From: Verrucomicrobiota bacterium | GTDB lineage: Bacteria; Verrucomicrobiota; Verrucomicrobiia; Limisphaerales; AAA164-E04 | Direction: 5' to 3' | Assembly (NCBI GenBank): GCA_047947115.1 | Contig: CP170459.1 | Location: 4,384,001 to 4,448,000 of the forward strand | Length of the DNA: 64,000 bases | Part shown: positions 59,456 through 64,000 of the stretch, one piece after another | Numbering within the stretch: position 1 is the first letter of the stretch | Layout: every line of letters begins with the position of its first letter | Translations under genes and position numbers: made by a program | The notes under the pieces: model-generated | Told to the model about the DNA's origin: nothing | The model's input: only the letters and a program-made list of their open reading frames with translations | Database searches by the model: none

Positions 59456-61228
59456 TTACCGCACCGTCTTCAGCTTGGGATTTGGATCCACCTCCAACTG
59501 GAAATTGCGATAACGCACTTCCATTGGACCGCCTGAGTGGACCTGAAAAGCCACGATCCCCTGCAAGGCTCCGTCAGGATCATTCAAATCAACGCATTTG
59601 TTGCCGTTGATGGCTGTCTGAATGTGATGATTGACAGCCAGAATTTCATACTGATTCCACTCACCGTTTTTCACGTGTTGATCACCCTGTTTGTCCCAGA
59701 GAAGGGCGCGCCCCAATTCTTCGTAGAGCTTGCCCCACCAACCTTGACCAGCATCGGCCTGATAACCTTTGACTTCACCGTGTTCGGCACGTTGACTGCG
59801 AAACTGAATGCCGCTGTTTTCGCTGTTGGGAGTCAGTTTCACTTCGAAGATGAGTCGAAAATCCTTGAGGATCATTTCACTTTTCAGGAATTCGTTGTGT
59901 TTCAATCCGGTCTTGGTCTCCCCTACGATTTCCCCATTTTCAACCCGCCAGAGAGACTCTTCCCCATCCCAACCGGTCAAGTCGGTTCCGTTGAAAAACA
60001 AATCCACATTATCGGCGCTCGCCATCAAAGGCGCCTGGGCAGGTTGACGCAGATAGTAAAGCAGGTCGCGGATTTCCTGATCTTCAAACGGCGCCAGCAA
60101 CCCTTCGGGCATCATCGAGAGTTCACTTTGGAAATTGGATTCAATACTGTCCTGTGGAATCAGCACCGTTTCTGTCGCGGTCACTATTTTCAGAGCGTTG
60201 CCGGTTCGCTCCTTGATGATGCCGGTGATGACGCGGCCGTCTTTTGTTTCGATTTCGGAGGAGCGGTAATCATTGGGAATAACGGCATTAGGATCGACGA
60301 TATTCTGCAACACGTAATCCAGGTTGGCGCGGTCAGATCCGGTGATATCAGGCCCGACCTTACCCCCCACGTCAAACAAGGTATGGCATTGCTGACAAGC
60401 GCGCGCAAACACGGCGCGCCCGCGGGTGGCGTCTCCGGGCGTGGAGCCGCCTGCGTAATAAATGCGCTTGAAGCGATCGATCTCAGCTTTCTTGTCCTCT
60501 GTGCTTTCCCGAAAAGATCCCCAAACCACTTCGAGTCTGGCATTGATGACATCGTTTTTCAAGTTGCGCAACTCTCTGACAAGTGCAGCGGACAGATCCC
60601 GCTTGGGCACCTGCCCCTGCTCGACAGCTTCCAGAAGAGGGCCGGCGTATTCGGCTCGGGAGGCCATCACGCTCAGAGCTCTTTGTTTGTCAGTACCGGA
60701 CAGGGTATCATAAACCTCAAGCAAGGCCCCGGGTGTTTCCGGTTGCTGGTAACGAGCCAGAAACCGGATGGCTTCCGAACGCACAGCCTGGTCTTTAAGC
60801 AGACCAAGCAAGGTCTTGGGCAACTGGTCATCCCCGGCCTGAACCAGAGCATTCAATGCATCCAATCGTTCACCGGCAGCACTTCGGGTGTCCACCAGGA
60901 TTTGACGCAAGGAGTTCCAGGCATTCTGACTTCCGAAAGTCAGCGAAAGGGATCTTACCAGGGAGCGCACTTCAGGGTTGCCGCTTTTGCCCAACTTGTT
61001 CTCCACAGCAACCCAACCGGCAGGCATATCCACTTTGGCTCGCCCCTGCATGGCCTGGCTCAAGCCACGCAACACATCCAATTGAAAATCCACCTCCCCG
61101 CTTTGATTCAACACCGTCACGATGGGGGCCAGTGACTCAGGTTGGGCTGCCGAGAGGGAAGACCCAACCGAACCCAGCATGCATGCGGCCGCCACAAAAC
61201 CACTCAAAAATTTCTGCGTCAATTTCAT
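59456..61228 (-). CDS. HEAT repeats + PVC-type heme c domain (TIGR02603-like) + C-terminal DUF1080
   Basis: Signal peptide MKLTQKF; GD..RGRAVF..CQQCH..VGPD, SMMPEGL; FFNGTDLTGW, NSGIQFRS, GYQAD, FQVHSG...YRN. Confidence 0.9.
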   Translation of the reverse strand: MKLTQKFLSGFVAAACMLGSVGSSLSAAQPESLAPIVTVLNQSGEVDFQLDVLRGLSQAMQGRAKVDMPAGWVAVENKLGKSGNPEVRSLVRSLSLTFGSQNAWNSLRQILVDTRSAAGERLDALNALVQAGDDQLPKTLLGLLKDQAVRSEAIRFLARYQQPETPGALLEVYDTLSGTDKQRALSVMASRAEYAGPLLEAVEQGQVPKRDLSAALVRELRNLKNDVINARLEVVWGSFRESTEDKKAEIDRFKRIYYAGGSTPGDATRGRAVFARACQQCHTLFDVGGKVGPDITGSDRANLDYVLQNIVDPNAVIPNDYRSSEIETKDGRVITGIIKERTGNALKIVTATETVLIPQDSIESNFQSELSMMPEGLLAPFEDQEIRDLLYYLRQPAQAPLMASADNVDLFFNGTDLTGWDGEESLWRVENGEIVGETKTGLKHNEFLKSEMILKDFRLIFEVKLTPNSENSGIQFRSQRAEHGEVKGYQADAGQGWWGKLYEELGRALLWDKQGDQHVKNGEWNQYEILAVNHHIQTAINGNKCVDLNDPDGALQGIVAFQVHSGGPMEVRYRNFQLEVDPNPKLKTVR

Positions 61229-61262
61229 TTTTATAAGGAGTAAGAAGTTTGAAGGTGAATCA

Positions 61263-63728
61263 TTATCGATTGGCAACCAAGGCTCCGGTCGCCATGCGTC
61301 GGGTGATGTATTGACGCAGCAAAGGAATCCTGGCGGCCTGCAACAAGGCAAGTCCTTGATCCGCATCCGCTCCAACAACGGGCTCCATCGCATACCAATA
61401 CATGAGAGGCAGATTGTGATCGTCCGCATCGGAGGCTCGCGCCACCAACTCTTTCAAAACCGGAAAACGTCCATCCACCGGAGTGCGCTGCAAAGCGGAA
61501 GCAATGTAAAGCCGCACGAAAGCGGATGGTTCATTCGCGGCCATTTCAGCCAGTTTATCCAGGACCGCCTTGGATGGTGAACGATCTTCCCAAAGCAACT
61601 GAAGGGCCCAGGCGCGGATGTATTCGTTTTCGTGATCCAACAAACGCAATCCAAAACGTTCACCGAAACCACCTATTCCATTCAGCGTCCAAAGGAGACG
61701 CAGCTTGTGAGTTACGGATTCCGTCTGGTTGAACAAACGTCGTATATCACGATACAGGCCGGCATCACCGCCCTTGGCCATCAGCAGCTTCCTTGCCTGC
61801 AGGGCATACCATTCGTTCTTGTGCAACTGCAGTCGAACCAAAGCCTGCGGAGAATGCGCCCTCAGGTCGACGGGCGTCCACGGTTCGTCATTGTAAACCA
61901 CTTTGTAGATACGACCGTTAGAGCGGTCGTGACCATCGTCGCGGCGGTGGTGACATTGGTTGGAGTCATACCAATCGATCATATAAACCGAACCATTGTG
62001 GTCATACAGCATGTTCAACACCTGCGACCAGCGATCATTGAAGTTCAGGAAATCAGGACCATGTTTCCCAACAAATCCCGACCCCGATCGAACAGGCATA
62101 TCCATGTTGATCCGCTGTCCATGGATATTGTTCATGAAGGCTTGATTATCATATGCCTGCGGCCAACTCCCTCCTTGATACATCATCAACCCGGAATGGG
62201 CATGACCGCCTCCCATTTCATCCGATCGGTTATTACCGGCATGCGGACCTTTGTTTCCCGCCCAATGCACGTGGTCGCCGTGGGTTTTGATGTCGTCATA
62301 AATAAAGGGATTCAAATGATCCGGCGCATTACTGGGCAAAAAGTTTTTCACACGATTCTTTTCTTCCAGGGTAATGCTGTAGTGCTGCCCCCCCTGACGC
62401 TGATAACGCGCCCCCTGAATCATGTGCCAGAAGTGTGGGATCACACAGGCTTCAATGAAGGCCTGGCCATAGGCATCAAAATCCACACCCCATGGATTGC
62501 TGGTTCCCTCGGCAAACACCTCGAAAGTATGTTTCAAAGGATGATACCGCCAGACCGCTGCATCCACCCGCTGGCGTTCTTCTTGAGGTGTACCGGGTTT
62601 CCCCACAAAAGAAGGACAGAACACTCCGTGGCAGCCATACAACCAACCGTCCGGCCCCCAGGAAAACGTGTTCAAGGTCTCGTGCGTGTCCCGGTAAGGA
62701 TCCCATCCATCCAGAAGGATCTTCGCTTCGCCATCCGGTTTGTCGTCCTGATTGTAATCAGGAATGAACATCAGATAAGGCGCAGCCCCCACCCAGACAC
62801 CGCCAAAACCAACCTCCATACCACTGATCAGGTTCAGGCCATCTTTGAAGAGTATTTTCTTGTCGAACTGATGATCTCCATCGGTGTCCTCAAGAATCAC
62901 AATCCGATCCTTGCCAATGTCACCTTCGGCGCGATGCGGATACTGATGCCCTTCCGCCACCCAGACCCGTCCTCTTTCATCCAGGCAAAAGGCGATGGGT
63001 TGGGTCACGTCGGGTTCGGATGCAAAGATGTGTGCCCGGAATCCATCCGGCAGTTTCATGGCATCCGCCGCCGCCTGTGGTTCCAATCCCGCAAACAACA
63101 CCTGATCGATCGAAGGCATCTCAAACTGTTTGCGCACGGCATCCGGATCAATGGCATTTTTGAATTCGGGTTTCGAAGCATGGAATCGGAAATCATCAAA
63201 ATTGATATGCCCCCAATGGCCGATCTGATGATCGATCACACGAATGAAAATCGATTTGCCCTGGACATCTTTGAGATCCACCACCACCGGACGGAGGTCT
63301 TCAGCTTCAAAACCGGAGGTCTTGAAGAATACTTCATTGTTATCCGCTCGCACCAATTCAACACGATTCTGGTCAGAGGCTCCACCGGCGATCCGAAAGG
63401 ATGCGAAAGGGTGGGTCACTTTGAATGGAACAGAAGTAAGCGTACCGGTCGGGTCATCTCCGGCGATTTCGTAGGTTCCAATCCAGTATTGTCCGTCATG
63501 AGCACTCCTCATGTCCTCGCGACGTGAAGATACGGTGTCTCCGCGAACGGGTTGTTTATTAAAAGCAGCACCTTCTGCCTTCCAATCGGTCAAGTCACCC
63601 GATTCGAACCCGAGGTTCAATGCGCGTCCGTCGTTGCCCCTGGGTAATACGCCCTCGGCTGCAGTCACAACCGTGGCCACCGCAAGTGCCGTGCCCAGCA
63701 TGCCGGAAAATAGGATGGAGTGTTTCAT
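61263..63728 (-). CDS. PVC membrane-bound dehydrogenase domain protein (TIGR02604-like) with an N-terminal beta-sandwich and C-terminal HEAT repeats
   Basis: Signal peptide; FASEPDV.QP..F..D.RGR.WVAE...YP, DRIVILEDTDGD, WGPDGWLYG, SNPWG.DFD, DWYD..CH, GRIY. No CxxCH. Confidence 0.9.
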   Translation of the reverse strand: MKHSILFSGMLGTALAVATVVTAAEGVLPRGNDGRALNLGFESGDLTDWKAEGAAFNKQPVRGDTVSSRREDMRSAHDGQYWIGTYEIAGDDPTGTLTSVPFKVTHPFASFRIAGGASDQNRVELVRADNNEVFFKTSGFEAEDLRPVVVDLKDVQGKSIFIRVIDHQIGHWGHINFDDFRFHASKPEFKNAIDPDAVRKQFEMPSIDQVLFAGLEPQAAADAMKLPDGFRAHIFASEPDVTQPIAFCLDERGRVWVAEGHQYPHRAEGDIGKDRIVILEDTDGDHQFDKKILFKDGLNLISGMEVGFGGVWVGAAPYLMFIPDYNQDDKPDGEAKILLDGWDPYRDTHETLNTFSWGPDGWLYGCHGVFCPSFVGKPGTPQEERQRVDAAVWRYHPLKHTFEVFAEGTSNPWGVDFDAYGQAFIEACVIPHFWHMIQGARYQRQGGQHYSITLEEKNRVKNFLPSNAPDHLNPFIYDDIKTHGDHVHWAGNKGPHAGNNRSDEMGGGHAHSGLMMYQGGSWPQAYDNQAFMNNIHGQRINMDMPVRSGSGFVGKHGPDFLNFNDRWSQVLNMLYDHNGSVYMIDWYDSNQCHHRRDDGHDRSNGRIYKVVYNDEPWTPVDLRAHSPQALVRLQLHKNEWYALQARKLLMAKGGDAGLYRDIRRLFNQTESVTHKLRLLWTLNGIGGFGERFGLRLLDHENEYIRAWALQLLWEDRSPSKAVLDKLAEMAANEPSAFVRLYIASALQRTPVDGRFPVLKELVARASDADDHNLPLMYWYAMEPVVGADADQGLALLQAARIPLLRQYITRRMATGALVANR

Positions 63729-63818
63729 GGATGGCCTGCATCCTAGGCATCTCTCGGCCAGGATGCAAGCTTCCCCGGAAAGCAAAACGTTAAGAATCTG
63801 AACTTGAAGGCATCCGAA

Positions 63819-64000
63819 TCAATGTCCCGTCTTCAGTTCAACGATATCGTGTGTTCCCGATTCACGTTGCCCTGCCGGACTGACCCGTATGTAGCGAGCT
63901 CGTTGACGATGTTCCTCCAGGGTTCGAGCCCCGAGATACCCCATGCCGGATTGTATTCCCCCGATCAGCTGCCCCAACACCTTATCCACCGGTCCGGCCA
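63819..64000 (-). CDS. guaB: 3' end of IMP dehydrogenase
   Basis: Translated by hand: [58 protein letters not shown], the IMPDH/GMPR-type C-terminus. Confidence 0.85.
   Translation of the reverse strand, partial: AGPVDKVLGQLIGGIQSGMGYLGARTLEEHRQRARYIRVSPAGQRESGTHDIVELKTGH

Noticed and set aside
59537..63527. Long plus-strand ORFs (59537-61135, 532 aa; 61632-63527, 631 aa)
   Set aside because: Antisense shadows of well-supported minus-strand genes with no recognisable motifs. The same applies to 53-790, 7975-8964, 10507-11538, 38114-39190 and 53389-54711.
63919..63935. GGTTCGAGCCCC resembling a tRNA T-arm
   Set aside because: Lies antisense within guaB coding sequence, with no acceptor, D or anticodon arms.

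Overview
A gene-dense bacterial segment whose content (DUF1080, DUF1501/DUF1800, DUF1552/DUF1592, PVC-type heme/dehydrogenase proteins, CotH, a prepilin-like protein, sulfatases) points to a Verrucomicrobiota/PVC genome. The taxonomy is inferred. About 45 CDSs are supported. Housekeeping genes: sppA, Xaa-Pro peptidase, hemL, ruvX, amtB-glnK, M3 peptidase, der, truA, glcD and the 3' end of guaB. There is also a convergent surface-polysaccharide/amino-sugar locus and many exported glycan- or redox-related proteins. I found no rRNA, tRNA, CRISPR array or transposase. Most notable non-coding signals: (i) a 300-bp intergenic pair of inverted heptamer arrays (16 x YTAGnnn, 24 x CTAAnnn) whose variable bases pair only on the transcribed strand via G-U and include a G-quadruplex motif next to a start codon; (ii) two copies of a ~127-bp MITE-like element; (iii) a mosaic of REP-like palindromes with a gene remnant; (iv) sigma54-type promoters. 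Most notable protein signals: a split PVC dehydrogenase / cytochrome c-DUF1080 pair (candidate oxidative glycoside-cleavage module), a shared terminal 'S.DL..W...F/YYR' domain (candidate sorting module), a DUF1800 protein with two inserted beta-sandwich modules, and a probable deletion junction between beta-helix and heparinase-like fragments. All family assignments come from reading motifs by eye, not from database searches.
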